Under the pieces are notes generated by a model. That model had not been told where the DNA came from. It saw nothing but the letters and a program-made list of their open reading frames with translations, and made no database searches. Below, in pieces: positions 1 to 13,400 of a stretch of 64,000 bases of DNA. The stretch lies in contig CM052827.1 of the NCBI GenBank assembly GCA_028534125.1, forward strand, positions 47,802,001-47,866,000, read 5' to 3'. Origin of the DNA: Lama glama. Lineage: Eukaryota. Within the stretch, counting starts at the first letter, position 1, and the number at the start of each line of letters is the position of its first letter. The position numbers were made by a program, and so were the translations under genes.

Positions 1-3000
1 TTGCTTCCAGGCATTGTGTCTGCAATAGGAGGGAACTTGTTTATTTCTAATTGGTTTATTTCTTCCTTCTAGATTTCTTACAAATTATGTGGCCCAAATA
101 TGGCTTTGAGTGGAAGGGTCAATATATGTATTTAGCTTTAATCAGGCCTAGCCCCAGGGCACAGTATCCAGCATTGCCTCTGGGAGATTCCTCTTATCAG
201 GAGGAGACAGTAATACCTTCTTATTCCCAGGGGAAAATAAATTCCCTCAGCTTGAGATTATTTTTCTGTCTTGTGGTCTGTGTTCCTGGGCGCTGTCTTC
301 CCCCTGCTAGAATGAAGCTCCTTGAAGACTAGGACTACCTTTTTCAGGTTCCTATTCTTAGATTTTTTTTTTCTGGTAATGCCAGATATATAGAGTAAAA
401 TAATAATTGTTCATTTAGTTACAAAACTTTAAACAAAGTTGATGAGTGGCAGAGAAATTAAAAACCAGGAACTCTGGAGTAAGAAAGCCTTACCCCAACC
501 AAGGGTGAGTCAGGAAGAGTGATAGTGGGGAGCTAGTTTGGGACACCAACTAAGAAGGGAAGAAAGAATGAATTTATGAACAGTCTTCATTTGAAAGACT
601 AGGGGCAATTTTGATTCAGATCTGAGATGGACTGTGGCTGTAAGACAGAGACTTATCTTAATAGTAGATTAGACACACACACCCTTCGGGCCATCTGAGC
701 TGGCTCTGCATAGTGGGGCATGTCTGTGCTCCCTGAACCTGGGGAAAGGAGGACACCCTGCAGGTTCCAGAGCCTTAGGAGAGGAGTCCCAGAGGCTGAG
801 CCCGAGCAGAGGGAGGTTTAGTTGGGAAAGGTCACTTAGTAGCAAACTGAGAGGTAAAATGGCATCTTTGGGGTGACCACCCCAGTGGGCAGCTCTTCCA
901 AAGAGAAGACAAAGGGCATGAAGTGGAAGAGAAGCAGGAGTCTTTGCACTGAGTCTCATGGTCGAGAAGCAGGCACTGGAGGTCTGTCTGTCCGCTTGCC
1001 TGGAGAGCCCCCTGTGCTGGGCTAGAGGGAGCACCACCCCTGCAGGGATCTTGCGCTTTAAAGGGAAGAGGCAGAGGCACAGAAGGTAAGAGGACTCTGT
1101 GGGTCTCTCAGCCCACATCTCAGGTGAAAACCTTGTCCCTGTTAGGAGTGGTCGCCAAGATTTTACAGAAAGCCCAAGTATGCTTGGGAAATTTTGTATA
1201 ATTCCCAGGGACCTCCTCCAAAGCAAACACATACATAAAGAGGAGAGGATTAAAATTATGATGTGCCTGTAAAGTGCAGGCTCTGTGAACTTGTTTTAGA
1301 AGTGCCATGGTGTGTGTGACTCCGGGTTCTCCTCTGTCAGCAACCTGCTTCCTGTCTTTGACCTTGGGCTTTACTTGTACTCCCAGCTGCCAGCGCATCT
1401 TAGCCAACTGCAAGGGGGACTGTCCCAGGTGACACGGTTCCCTCCCGATGTTCCTTGCTGGCATGGCACCCCAGGAGCCACTGGGTCCCATGATAGGTTC
1501 CTGTTGGAATAACCCTTCTGTAGTCCAGGGTGTTGCTGCAGCTTTCGGGAAGGGTGTCATTGTCTCTATGGAGTTCGCTCTTGGAGGCTTGGCCCAGGAC
1601 ACTCTAAATTCCACAAGACAGAGACTGTCACAAAGGGCCAGTGGCAGGCCGTGTATTATGGGGAGGTTGGTTTGTATGGATAAGTAGTTTTAATAGGTTG
1701 CCCCTCACTGCAAAAAACAAGAGGGCTGCAGGATGAGGTGTGGGAGGCACTCAAAGTCTGAGCTCATTTTCAGAGTGTTTTCCAGCAAGCACTGCTGTTT
1801 GCTGGGAATGTGGCTACTGGCAGTCCTTCTTGGTGCCTGGTGTCCCTTTACATGTTTCGGGGGATGGTGATCTAAAAATGGAGCCAATACATCCCATTCA
1901 CTGTGTTATGGAAATGGATGTATTTACTTGCTGGAAGAGGATGCTTAGCGAAGCTAATACTTAACCCAAAGGAAAGAATCTCTACTGGTGGTGGGGAAAA
2001 CATTTGAGAATAAAGAATTGTTTTGCAGCTCCCCCTCTTAAGCAGCTCCTGTCCCAAGGCCATGTTCATAGAGTGCAGAATCACCTCCTTGGCGCAGAAG
2101 GGAACCCCGTTAGGTTCCCACCCCTCCTAACAACACCCAGTGAAGACAAGTATGCAGCCAGAATGAGGACTGTGAGATGAACTGAGAGTGCTGAAAGTTA
2201 ACAGAAGCGCAAAGGAGGGAGAAAGAAAAGAGATTAGCCCCAGGGCCAGCTCCTCTTTGCTTAGATCTGGAAGAAACAACTTTTCTTTAGGAGTCAAGGT
2301 GCAGGGCGGATCGCAGTTAAAATCTGTTAGTAGAGTTCTCTAGTATAACGAAGTATCTCAAATCTTGTCTACCCCCTTATCTAGCTATTAAGCTGAACAT
2401 GCAAAATTACCTTAGTTGTAGGTCAAGATGGTAGGCTATCAGCAATTTCATATAGTTCAACCTCTTATATTTATTTCAAGGCATTTGAATCGTAAGTATA
2501 CAAATGATAGCAATAATCACTTCGTATATTATCTGTGATCCACATTTTCTGTTGTTACCTCTGAGTTGTTTGGTTTTGGTGCAGTGCTTCCCATTTTACA
2601 GATGGTAAAACCGAGTACTGCGAGATACTAGTTTTCAGAATTTGCAAATCCAGCCAATGACAGCATCCAGAGAATAATGTCACTCTCCTCTGATGGGCAT
2701 AGCTTGTCAGTTGGCAGACAACCTTGCCCTCGTCCACCTCCTGGTCCCTGTGGCTCCTGAAGGCACACTTAGAGCCAGTGAGCTGACTGCTTGCCTTCTT
2801 CCAACCAGCATGACTTCCCAAGTGTCTCCCTCCCTTTCAATGTGTGTATTTTCATTCATTCTCCCTAGAGCCATTGGCTGTATTTCTCCAACCAGTCTCC
2901 TCCTGCTCTTTCCCAGCAGTCTCACCAGCCCCTGTAGATTTTGCATACTCTTTCGTTGTCCCTGGCATGGGTGCCATTTAGCAGCTCTGTGGAAGTCATC

Positions 3001-6000
3001 AGCGCTGGACTCCTTTGCAGGCATTGCTGCATCTACAGTTCGGGGTAGCTGGCCCCGCGCTGGACTGGAGCAGCAGCATCCTGCCAGAATCCACCTATTC
3101 ATCCAGGCCAGAGCTGTTTTTCACGTCCCCTGGCTTACGGTCTTTCAGCCAGTATTTAACATTTTTTTCTCTGCCTTATTATTTGTTCTCCCTCCTCTGT
3201 CATGAATCTTTTCCACCATTGTCCTCTTGGCCATGTGGGTTTGCCAGAGAAAATTGGCAGTTGTTTTATTATCTATGGCTCTTGCCCAGGGATGGTGTCA
3301 TCTAACAGAGTGACGTCTGTTTAATGGCTAACACGTTGGAGTCTGAAATATCTGCAAGATAATGAGGCCTACAGAGGCTTGAGGGACACGTTTTTGGTTC
3401 TTGGAGGAGAGAATGAGAAATGGAATTAGGTTACGTACAGGTCCTTCCACATTCAATTCAGAGCCAGAGGGATGACAGAGCTTTGAAATTCCAGTGAAGT
3501 AAGAATGTTTTCTCTTGGATTATAGATCCCAACCTGAGCAGATAGGGGGATGGGTTTCTTTTACTTGAGCTAGACCAGTGGTCCTCACACTGTCATTGTA
3601 TTTTCTCTCTCATTTTGAAATGTTTTGTGTTTAATCAATCTAAGTAGCAATTAGGAGGGGGTAACATTATTTTCTCTGTTTTACAGACAGTGGGACCTAG
3701 GCATGAAATGGTGGGAGAACTTGGCAAGGTGGCACCAATGAGCAGCAAGGTTGCAGTTGGAACCCAGGCGGTCTGGCCCCAGAGCGAGTGCTCTTAACCA
3801 CTCTGCTAGTCTGCCCCTCGGGTGATTTTGTATTACTACGTTAAACTTAGACCACGCCAGTCAAATACAAAGAAACTTAGTATTTTAGTCAGTCTGCTGC
3901 ATGTTATCAAGGATTTTTATTGTCCTTCTTGAGGCAGTGAAAACTCCTTAGGGACCACCATTGCTACCTACTCAGACTCCAAGTGCGGACAGGGTTCCCA
4001 AGTTGGGAATCACTGGGTGAGGAACAATTTGAACTCAGCTCCAGTTACCTGTCCGTTGGACACCTGTTCCTCTAAACCATTGTAAAGCACATCAGTGACA
4101 GACAATTCATCATGTAGATGTAATTATTGTACTACCTAAAGCCAAATCTTGAATGATAGATTTTTTTTTTTTTGCCAATTTGCAAGACCTTCTTTGGGAG
4201 GTCTTTAAGGCTATCCCTAGACAACAAATACCTGAGGAATCTGAAGGTAGTAGCCGATTCCAGATCTGGTGAAGGAGAAGGATGCGTGGAAGGTTTGACC
4301 TCAACTCAGTAGACCAAGGACAGTCTAAGAAAAAGGATTAGAAAGTTGGCCTATGGGGATTAGATTTGAAAGAACAGTATATCCAGGTTTTGTGTCCTTT
4401 TAAATGCTGGAACAGGAAGAGAAAGAAGAGGAGTTCAGAGGCACAGTATCACCCACAGGATACTCCATAGTATTTGCTCTCTGCCCCTCATCTTGCTCTA
4501 GTCACCCTGAACTGTTTCCAGTTCTCAAAATACATCTTCTCTTCCATATCCCCAAGTCTTTGCATATGCTGTTAACTCTACTAAGAAAGCTCCTTATGCC
4601 CCTTGTCTGTGTGGAAAGCTACTGAGTCCCCTGTAACATTACACTTAAATAACCGGCCTTTGATGGAATCCTCTGTGCGTCTTCCAGGTGTATTCATGTC
4701 TCGCTCAGTGCTCCTTGGCATTGTCTGCACATCTCCAGTGTAGCATTTATCACACAGTTCAGAAATTAGTTACATATTGTTCTCCTTTTGTTGAGCGGGA
4801 CTCTCCTAAAGGGTAAAGACCCCGTATCTTTTTTGCCTTTACATCTCCTGAACCTAGCACGTAAATTGTTTTCTTGGTTGGGTAACTCCTTTATGATTTC
4901 AAGATCCTATCTCAGAAGCATTTCCCTTAGCCCTTGACTGTCTTCTATTGAGAGATGCCCAGTGGCCTCCCCAGTCGCTAGCATAGGTTCCCTTTGTTAC
5001 CAGTATCACCAGCAAAGAGTATGGGGAAGGGTCAGGTGTCAGAACTACAAAGAAAACAAATGAAAGAAACATAAAAATCAATGCTCAAGACAAATAAAAG
5101 GCAGAAACTGTGCATTGGTGTGTTACCTAACAGGTTCATGAATGTAGTTGTAATTGTTGTAATTATCAAATAGTTGCTGAACTTCAAAGGGATGGTCCCA
5201 CCTTTTTTTTTTTTTAAATAAGAAGGTTGGAAGAATATTTCTTTTCACTCTGGCTATTTTTCCAAATTGGTTGATCCCAAGGCAGCATCAGTTTGCAAAA
5301 AGAGCTCTTTGGCTTATTTCCTCTCCTTCCTTGCCTCCCTCCTCTTCAGCACATTCTGTTGGTTTGGCCAGTGAGCAGACTGAAACGTCTAAAGAGAAGA
5401 GGCCTGGAAATCAGAGAGGTGATTACAGCCAAAGGACTGAACAAAGGGGGTTTGGAAAGGGTCTCTGTTGTCACAAAGTAAGCAGGAGGGGGACACTTGC
5501 CAATTTGATCATCTCTGATTGGAAACTTCAGAGATGACATCAGGTCTCTGGTGTTCAGCAGACCCAGAGAGGCCCACCATGTGGAACATGTTAATGACAT
5601 GCGGTTACCTAAGACTGCTTTTTTTTTTTGATCTGTTAGACAATGAATTCACTTTTAAGAACCTTGAGATAAAGTTTTATAAAACTGGGATATAATGATG
5701 ATGAATCAGTAAACAATGTATTGCTCAGTATAAACTTTGAATAGATATCCAAGTGGCTGAAGATGTTAATGGAAAGTTGGCCAGGATTCTTGTAAGAGAA
5801 GCTGAGGGTAGAAATGACGGGCCTCTGCTCAGGGACTCAGACTCTGTTGAAGGTCAGAAATTCCATGACCAGAATAGAAGAAACCAAAGGAAAACTGAAA
5901 CCTTTCTGAGACCTGAATTAAGAAATGCACAAACAGCTATACATAGAAGCAATTCCCAAGTTCCCAATACTTGAGGATTCTCTTTGTCTTCAGAGTCTTG

Positions 6001-8803
6001 ATTTGATGTCAAGTTGTTTTCCTAAGGTTTAGGCTTAGAGAAGTGAATGCTGGTTACATTTCAGGAAATAATGACTCTGTAATAAAACACAGGGTAAAAA
6101 TTTATTCCTTTAGCTATTAATTTAGTCCATATCAACTGAAGTCTTGCCATGTTATAGGCATTGTGCTAAGTACTGGGATGTAGAAAAATTTGGGTCCATG
6201 GTAGACATGCTGGAGGTGGAGAGTGAATTAGCTAATACTTACCTTGCCACGTCCCTTCCCAAGTCCTGGAAAGTGGAACTAGCCCCTTTGAACAATTAAA
6301 TCTATCCAGTGACGCTTAATGGAGTTTGAGGACAAGTAAGATGTGGCATATAGTAAACAAATAGGACGAATTTCTCTAAAAAGAGATACACTCTGAATAT
6401 ATAAATAGACTCATTAAAGTCTAGGTTGAATCTGTGAGAAATGGATCAACAGCAGGTTAGTAAAGTGTGGTTAGGAATGTGTGGTCTTAGCCATTAGTTT
6501 TCAGTAATCATAACCTCCACCACCAGCTTCACCACCAAAAAGACCCTTGTGACAGACCCCTGGACTTGATGAACCATGGGCATGTCCATATTGGGGATGT
6601 CCTACAGTACATTCTTAACAGCTCACAGAGATCTTCCTGATGAGGATGTGGAAAATGTCTGACACTCTCACCGTTTGCCCATTGGTGATGGAGCCAGAGG
6701 GTGTAAGTTACAGAAGAGATTTCAGCCCAAGGTCAAAAAGAACTTTCTAACAGATCTGTCCAAAGATGAAATATCTTCCTTGGGAAATACTCAAACAGAG
6801 GCTGGATAACCACCCAAGGTGGTATCAAAGGAAGTAGAAGTAGGTGACACCTAAGAACCTTCCCAATTTTTAAACCTCTGATTCTGTAACTCAGTCTTTC
6901 AGTTGGATAAGTGGATAAATTGTCTCTATCCTGCATAGAGTTGACCACTTAAGTGAAATTATTAATACCTTTGCCATAGTCTTTTTGCCTTTTATGAAAA
7001 TGAAATTAAAGTTCATTTTCTATTCCTTGAATAAATGTAACCCTTGCAGTATGTCAGTGTATTATTGCCACCTCAATCTTCTATTGCTCTATTACGAAAT
7101 GGATAATATTCATTTGTACCTGAGCTAATATTTTTGTCCCCATCCTTGGTACACGTTCCTGAGAAGAGCAGACTAGGAGGTGGAACAATAAAGGCCTTGC
7201 CATTTGCAGTGAGCCTCCTGTGCCATTAAAGGGAATCCTAAAGATGTTCTGGTGAGCCCCCAACATTCCAAAGCCAGGCAGTCAGATCTAAGCCTGGCCT
7301 GTCTATTTTTTATGTTCATCAAGGCTCAGCCTGGCTTTATCTGCCTATCCCCTTATTATTCTGAACTCTCTAATTGCCTGGACTCTTTCTCTCCACAAAT
7401 AGTTTCATGTACTGTATTCAGCATTAATGTAGGGTGACTATCTGGAGATGTCTTCTATTCCTACTTTTAACAGATTAACAGCTAATAAACACCATGCAAC
7501 ACCCTCTCCTCTCAACCTCTTCTAAANNNNNNNNNNNNNNNNNNNNNNNNNNNNNNNNNNNNNNNNNNNNNNNNNNNNNNNNNNNNNNNNNNNNNNNNNN
7601 NNNNNNNNNNNNNNNNNNNNNNNNNNNNNNNNNNNNNNNNNNNNNNNNNNNNNNNNNNTATCATCAGCTCATCAGAGGAGAACCTCGGGGGATCTTATAG
7701 TCATTTATAAGGAAAGGATATTTGTTTTCACTTAAAGCTTCTCACTTTATTCTTGGTATGCCAGCTGAAGAGAAGACTAGAAACGTATTATGTAGGGAAA
7801 AGGACAGGCAGCTAAGTTTCATCCTAAGAGGTAAAGTCTCTCGTTTCCAGGAAGGGACACCATGTTACCTTCCAGTGACTTTGCAGTGAAGGGACTTTTG
7901 CCACCTACTCTTCTCTAACCTCCTTCCCCTCTCTTGTCGTAGTCCCTGAACTTGCCCTCCCTCCACTTAGCCAGAAGTGAAGCAGTTAATTTTAAAGAAA
8001 AATCAAGAATCAGAAGGTGCCTTCAAAGCTTTAAACAAAGCACAAACCAATATTCTGTTTTGAGGATATGGAATATCAGCAAGAATATGTCTAAGGTGAT
8101 CTGGATAACCTGGATAATTGTGTTGGAAGAATGCCCATCAACACCTCATCTATATATGATAGAGGGGATTTACTGAAGGGTAAATTAGACACTGTGCACA
8201 TAGTTCAAGTAATGAAATTTCCAGTATCGACAAAACAGAGGTCTTAAACTAATGCATTTGTAAAATGTTGGCTGTTTTCTGAAGTCCCAAGTCTATGACT
8301 CTCAAAGACCAGCTTGATCATTATACAAAATATAGGTAAATATTTGCAGAAATGTATTGGTCTTTTTGTTTGAAGTAAAATTTCTGGGACCAAACCCTCT
8401 TTGTGCCTTCAGGTAGGTATTTCTTACTGCAACAGAAACTCAAGTGTGTTTGACTGCTTACCTCTCCTTTGATTTCTATTGCCCAGCTTCTATCTGTTGA
8501 TTTAAGAAGCTTTTAAAGTCACAGCAATATGACAGTTTCATTGACTCCACAACTGTGGTGGTGGAGTTGACCGTGGGACAGGCTGTTTCAATGTGCTGAG
8601 GTAATGACGGTGACACCATCCTGTACTAGATAAATACTACTACTCTCTGCTCAACTCTATTCGTGATAGCAGTGACCTTGACCTTTAACACTCAACATGT
8701 TTTTTTTCATGCAGACCAAAGCTTTGAAGAAAGGTCAGGGTGCAACAGACTTATGACCTAGTTGCACATCTTCTAAACCGGGTTAATTTCTTCTTTCTCC
8801 TGC

Positions 8804-8863
8804 AATCCAGCCTCTTCTTCTTCTTCTTCTTTTTTTTTTTTTTTTTTAAATCCAGCCTCTTCT
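8804..8863 (-). repeat. 15-bp direct repeat flanking a 30-bp (TTC)n/poly(T) tract: probable tail-only retroinsertion
   Basis: aatccagcctcttct at 8804-8818 and 8849-8863. Confidence 0.7.
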
Positions 8864-9015
8864 GTACCTTGTGCTCTTCCAGACTGATTTACCCTAGTGC
8901 TCATCTCTCTCAGCGCCTACACCTGGTCACACCAACCACCTTTGGATTTTTTTTAAAAATCAGTGCGTTTCTTGCAGTTATTTACAACTTCCTCTGCTGG
9001 CTTTTCTCTCTGTAG

Positions 9016-9113
9016 AACTGGACTGGAAGCCATCATGGAGACGTATGCGTTCTGGAGACCCCCTGTGCGCACGCTCACCTTTGAAGATTTCACCACCATG
9101 CAAAAGCAGCAAG
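9016..9113 (+). CDS. TBX15: TBX15 penultimate coding exon (98 nt; [32 protein letters not shown])
   Basis: Pyrimidine tract plus tgtAG acceptor (9014-9015) and G|GTaaag donor (9114). The peptide matches the TBX15 segment just after the T-box. The phase-1 end joins in frame to the exon at 18276 (G|GG = Gly). Confidence 0.96.
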
Positions 9114-9464
9114 GTAAAGCCCTGGGGCAAGCCTCTGCTTCGCCGCTGCGCTGGGGAGGGAGCGGGAGCCGAGCTGAATGTAGCACATCTGGTCCCCAGC
9201 CAAGACTCTACTGGAATGAAGAGTACCGGGTAGCTCTGTAAATAACCAGAGCGTCATCACTCGTGTGAATCAGCCGGTTCCAGAGGCAGCATTTCACCTG
9301 GCACCCCAAACTCTCTCTCCCTTCCCAACAGCAAGGTTGATTGCAATGGTGGTGAAATTATTATTTCTTTTGCTAAGCTTTCACATAACCCTTGGAATTT
9401 GAGCAGATCTTCATCACAATTTCATTACTCATGGCAGCCTTATCAGTTTTCTTATTCTAGTTTT

Positions 9465-9591
9465 CTTTTTTATGTTTTGGGGTATTTTTATGTTTGTTTA
9501 TTTTTATTTTTTTAAGTGGAGGTACTGGGGATTGAACCTAGGACCCTGTGCATGTTTACCATGCATTCTACCACTGAGCTATACCCACCCC
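9465..9591 (-). mobile_element. tRNA(Ala)-derived SINE, Vic-1-like (camelid)
   Basis: Minus strand reads GGGGTGGGTATAGCTCAGTGGTAGAATGCATG...GTCCTAGGTTCAATCCCCAGTACCTCCAC with A and B boxes, then an A-rich tail. Degenerate TSD tttcttattctagtttt / tttcctcttctaatttt. Confidence 0.85.
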
Positions 9592-10229
9592 GACCCTTTC
9601 CTCTTCTAATTTTGTAGATGAGAAACAACTTAGCTCCAGACAATGGCAATACATTGTTCAGGTCTGACAGTGAGGAGGGGGCTGCCACAAGCTGTCTCCT
9701 CTTTTGCTTATGTGGAGACACACCCATGTCAAGTTGAAGTGCCAGGTGGACTTCTTCCTCCCACTGCTCCGTGCTTTCCATCCACTTTCTAACCTCCCTT
9801 CTCTTGGAGCTCAGGTTGGGAAGTCTGTGGCCATGTGCACAGCTGGCTTCTGGGCTGCTTTCAGCTCCTTTTCTCAGTCCAGCCACTGGCTTTCCCAGGT
9901 GCAGTGCCCAGTCACCTGGGTACCCACGTGAAAACTTCCCCAAATGTCAGACGCTATGTGAGTACCTCTCCAGCCTCCTCTGGCCCCACAATGACAGTGG
10001 TCAAACTTACTGACTGAGTTTATTCTGTTCTGCCAAATGGTTGCCATTAATAGAGTCCTACTTTTTGAATTGGGGGCTCTGTGATATAGGAGTCCATTCT
10101 TGGACTTGATAACACATTCCGTTCTCAGCGAGGCTCTAGAAGTTTGCACACTGTTAGGTTTTGTAACCTAAATTACTGAACTTTCTCTGGTTTTAAGCTG
10201 GAAATAGTGATTGAAAGCATAATCTTTTA

Positions 10230-10420
10230 AAGCTGGAGTCAGACAGCTTGGGTTAGGCTCGTATCATTGTTCTTTCCTAGCTTGGTGACCTTAGCCAAGC
10301 CCCTCATCCTTTCTGACATTGAGTTTTCTCATCTGCATGATGGGAGAATGTAATAGAATTCTTGTGAGGATTAAATGAGATAATGCGTTTAAAAACACAG
10401 TAAGCACTCAGTGTGTGCTG
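10230..10420 (+). mobile_element. MIR SINE (representative; similar copies near 3660, 17330, 23700, 26620, 36010, 36760, 40280, 41550, 46950, 53170, 61090, 63810)
   Basis: ggagtcagacag...gtgaccttagccaag...ttttctcatctg...gtgaggattaaatgagataat MIR core. Confidence 0.75.
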
Positions 10421-13400
10421 GGTGTCGTTGTCATCATTGTCACCACCATCATCACCATCATCATCGTTGCCTTCATACCCTTATGTCCCTATACATCGAA
10501 ACCTAAGAAAAAAATGCACCAGGGACAGGAAATACTGCTGTTCTGCTGATTAATTATTCAAAGCGTGATTTAACTTCACAGGGATCTGGTGAGACAAGTG
10601 ATTCAGAATTTCCAACCCTTTCTTTTTTTTTTTAATAAGTGGAGGAGAAACGGATGCCCTTGGTAGGAGGTGACTTGCTCCTCATAATGCTGTGACTGAA
10701 GCAGGGTCAGTGTATATTCAGGGTGTTACTGCTGCTCTGATGCCTTTGTGGCCCTTAAGAGGCAGAGGTCTATGGAAGTTGGGAAATCTGGGCCTTTGTC
10801 TTTGATGGCCACTAACTCTCATATAACTTGGGCAAATTACTGCTACTCTGAGTCCATTTCCTCACCCTCAAAGAGGGATAATTTTTTTTGTGAGGCCATT
10901 TATATAAACATGCTTTATAAATGAAAATGTCTCACATAAAGACACTCGATCCTATTTATTTCTGAGGTGGCTTCTTGCTTCTCTGCCTTTGCTTTACTCA
11001 TTAACTTTCCAGTTTCTAGCCAAGCAGGAGTTTCTATCACGGAGCCTGGTATGAGAAGGTTGGCAGGAATACTGCCAGTTCCCAAGAGCAGGCATTGGTG
11101 GTCACATTGTGTTCATTGCTGTGTCCCCAAATCTATCACAGGGCCTGGCACCCAGGAAATACCTAATGAACAGTGAATGAGGTCACTTGGTGGCACTGTG
11201 GCTCAGCTGGACAGGGTCGATGTCTGATTAAATCTTGGAGCGCAACCACCCAACATGTGTGTCGCTATAGATGTGGGTGATGACTGGGGATGGTAATCTG
11301 CGCTTCACCAGCATGTGGAACCACCGGGCAGGTGCAGGCAAGGGAACCTGCATTGCTTAGGTGTGCGGCAAAGCAGGTTTCATGGGGCTTCTATTGAAGA
11401 TATATCAATATTAAGATGACTTATTGACACTTGGGAAACAATGGTTTAAGAGAAACTGAACTTTAAAGCAAAATGGCTCATATTCATTGAGTCCCCCCTC
11501 CTTTTTTTTTTTTGCACTGATGGAGGGAAATGAGCCTGGAATTATTGGACACATATGGTGGTGGGATGGGGCTAGAGGAAAAGCCAAGACTCTATTAAAC
11601 AGTTTAATTGGAATACATTTTTGAACTATACAATGAACTTGATCCAGAGTCTCTTTATTAAAAAATATGTGGCTTGGTTTCTTGATGTTAACAAAGGATG
11701 TAAAAGTAACACCTGTTCCTTCTTCCTTTAAAAACCAAGACTTCCAGTAACTCTGAACAGTATCAGTCATCAAGTGAAGATGAGACATGGCTGTCTGTGC
11801 TGAAGTGGTTTGTGTCTCAGAAGAAGTAAAGAGTGGTGAGCTTCTAGTGGAAACTTCAGTGGCAGACTGATTTTGTAGTAACTCCCTTCTGGTGAGGAGC
11901 GTGTTGGCAGTGTTAGCACCAAACCGAAGATCCAGATAGTGACTGACCCACCTGGGTGCCCGTATTACCTCATTGCTTCCAACACATGAATATCTGGATG
12001 TCAGATACGCGGCCCTGGGACAGTTTGCACTGTTGCTGCCACTGGAGGCTGGAGCAACCATTCTGTTTGGATGAAGTTAAGAGTACTTTTTCCATCTTGC
12101 CCTTGCTGTCGTTTTAATTTCTCTTTCATTTGCTCAGTATATGATTCCATGAAGCTCCATTAAGACCCATTAAATTGTTGGGGGTTTCATTAACATCCAT
12201 CTGTTAATAAAATTTCAAGGAAAGTGCTTAGGTGAATTAGTTACAGTTTTACAAAAATCCAAATCCTTTTATTTTCAAAACCACGTTGAATGGATGCCCT
12301 ATAGAGTTGTTTCGCTTGTGGAGAAGAATGCATGGAATTCATTTTCCTCTGCCTTTAGCACAAAAATCAACTGAGGACCAGAGCAGCCTGGCAACATATC
12401 TGCAGTTAAGTGGTGGCAGAACTGAGCTGCGAACTCCAAAGCAGATCTCCTGCCTTCCCAGGCACTTTCCTTCCCACTAGACCTTCTTCATTCTTATTCA
12501 TTAACACTCCAAAAAAGTTAGTTTACACTTCCAACTGATGGTTTATTGTCAACAGTTTGAGCATTCAACCTAAGTAGTAGGTCCATATTTCATTTCTGTG
12601 AAGTGTATGGTTTTATTTTCAGACGTCTTCCTTTAGAATCAAAAAGGGAGTTAATACTTTTGGAGAGTCTGGAGATAGGAATCATATTTCAGGAATTGCT
12701 TCTGCCTGAACTCTGCTTGTGGCAGGGGCAAAATGAATTAACCAAGTAAGTGATGCTTGGGGAAGTCGAGTGAGGTGATACCGACGCAGAAGTAAAAAGA
12801 AGAGTCCAGGTCAGTTATGGCCAAGTTCAGACCTGTTATTCTGATGATACGTACAATGGAACTACTTGTATGGCCAAACCCGAGAGGGGTTTTGTGAGTG
12901 GCATCTCCAAGCGATCTGACAACTGTTGTGCAAAAAAGGATCCACCCTGGACCTGTGATACCAGAGTTGCTAATACGTCTCCCTCTGTGGATATAAGGAG
13001 ACCTGCCATTTACAGAAGCCCTCCCTTCTCAACTGGTAGTCGACATCACTAGACAGATTTCAACACCCTCATGTCTTTTGAGGTTTGTCAGGCAGTTAAA
13101 TTAGGATTATGAAGGTCTCTGTTGCTGTTGGGGTTTTCATCTGTTTGATTTGTATTGATTAGAAGTTGGTCAGTAAAAAGGATCAAATACTGAGCAAATT
13201 TATACCAGTAAAAAGATTGGGAAATGAGGCTCTTTCAGTGGACTGCAGTCTTTGAACTACTGTGGGACCATTATAATGTTTCAAAGAGAGTCATCTTACG
13301 CTGATCTCATTTATCCCTGAGATAAGGAATAATGCCCACAAGGAGTTCTACAAGGACTGGAGGGCATCTCAATTCAATCCACTAAAACAAATGGTTATTG

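Noticed and set aside
669-3305. Several 130-187 aa ORFs in intronic DNA
   Set aside because: No recognisable domain, overlapping on both strands, no coherent splice structure; consistent with chance ORFs.
1-9015. Upstream T-box-encoding exons of TBX15
   Set aside because: No sequence encoding motifs such as KIDRNPFAKGFRD was seen; they probably lie before the window.
9516-9591. Possible tRNA-Ala gene
   Set aside because: Degenerate stems and anticodon arm, with an A-rich tail and TSD; it is a SINE.
11411-12061. 216-aa minus-strand ORF
   Set aside because: Runs through a homopolymer tract, has no homology I recognise, and lies antisense within the TBX15 intron.
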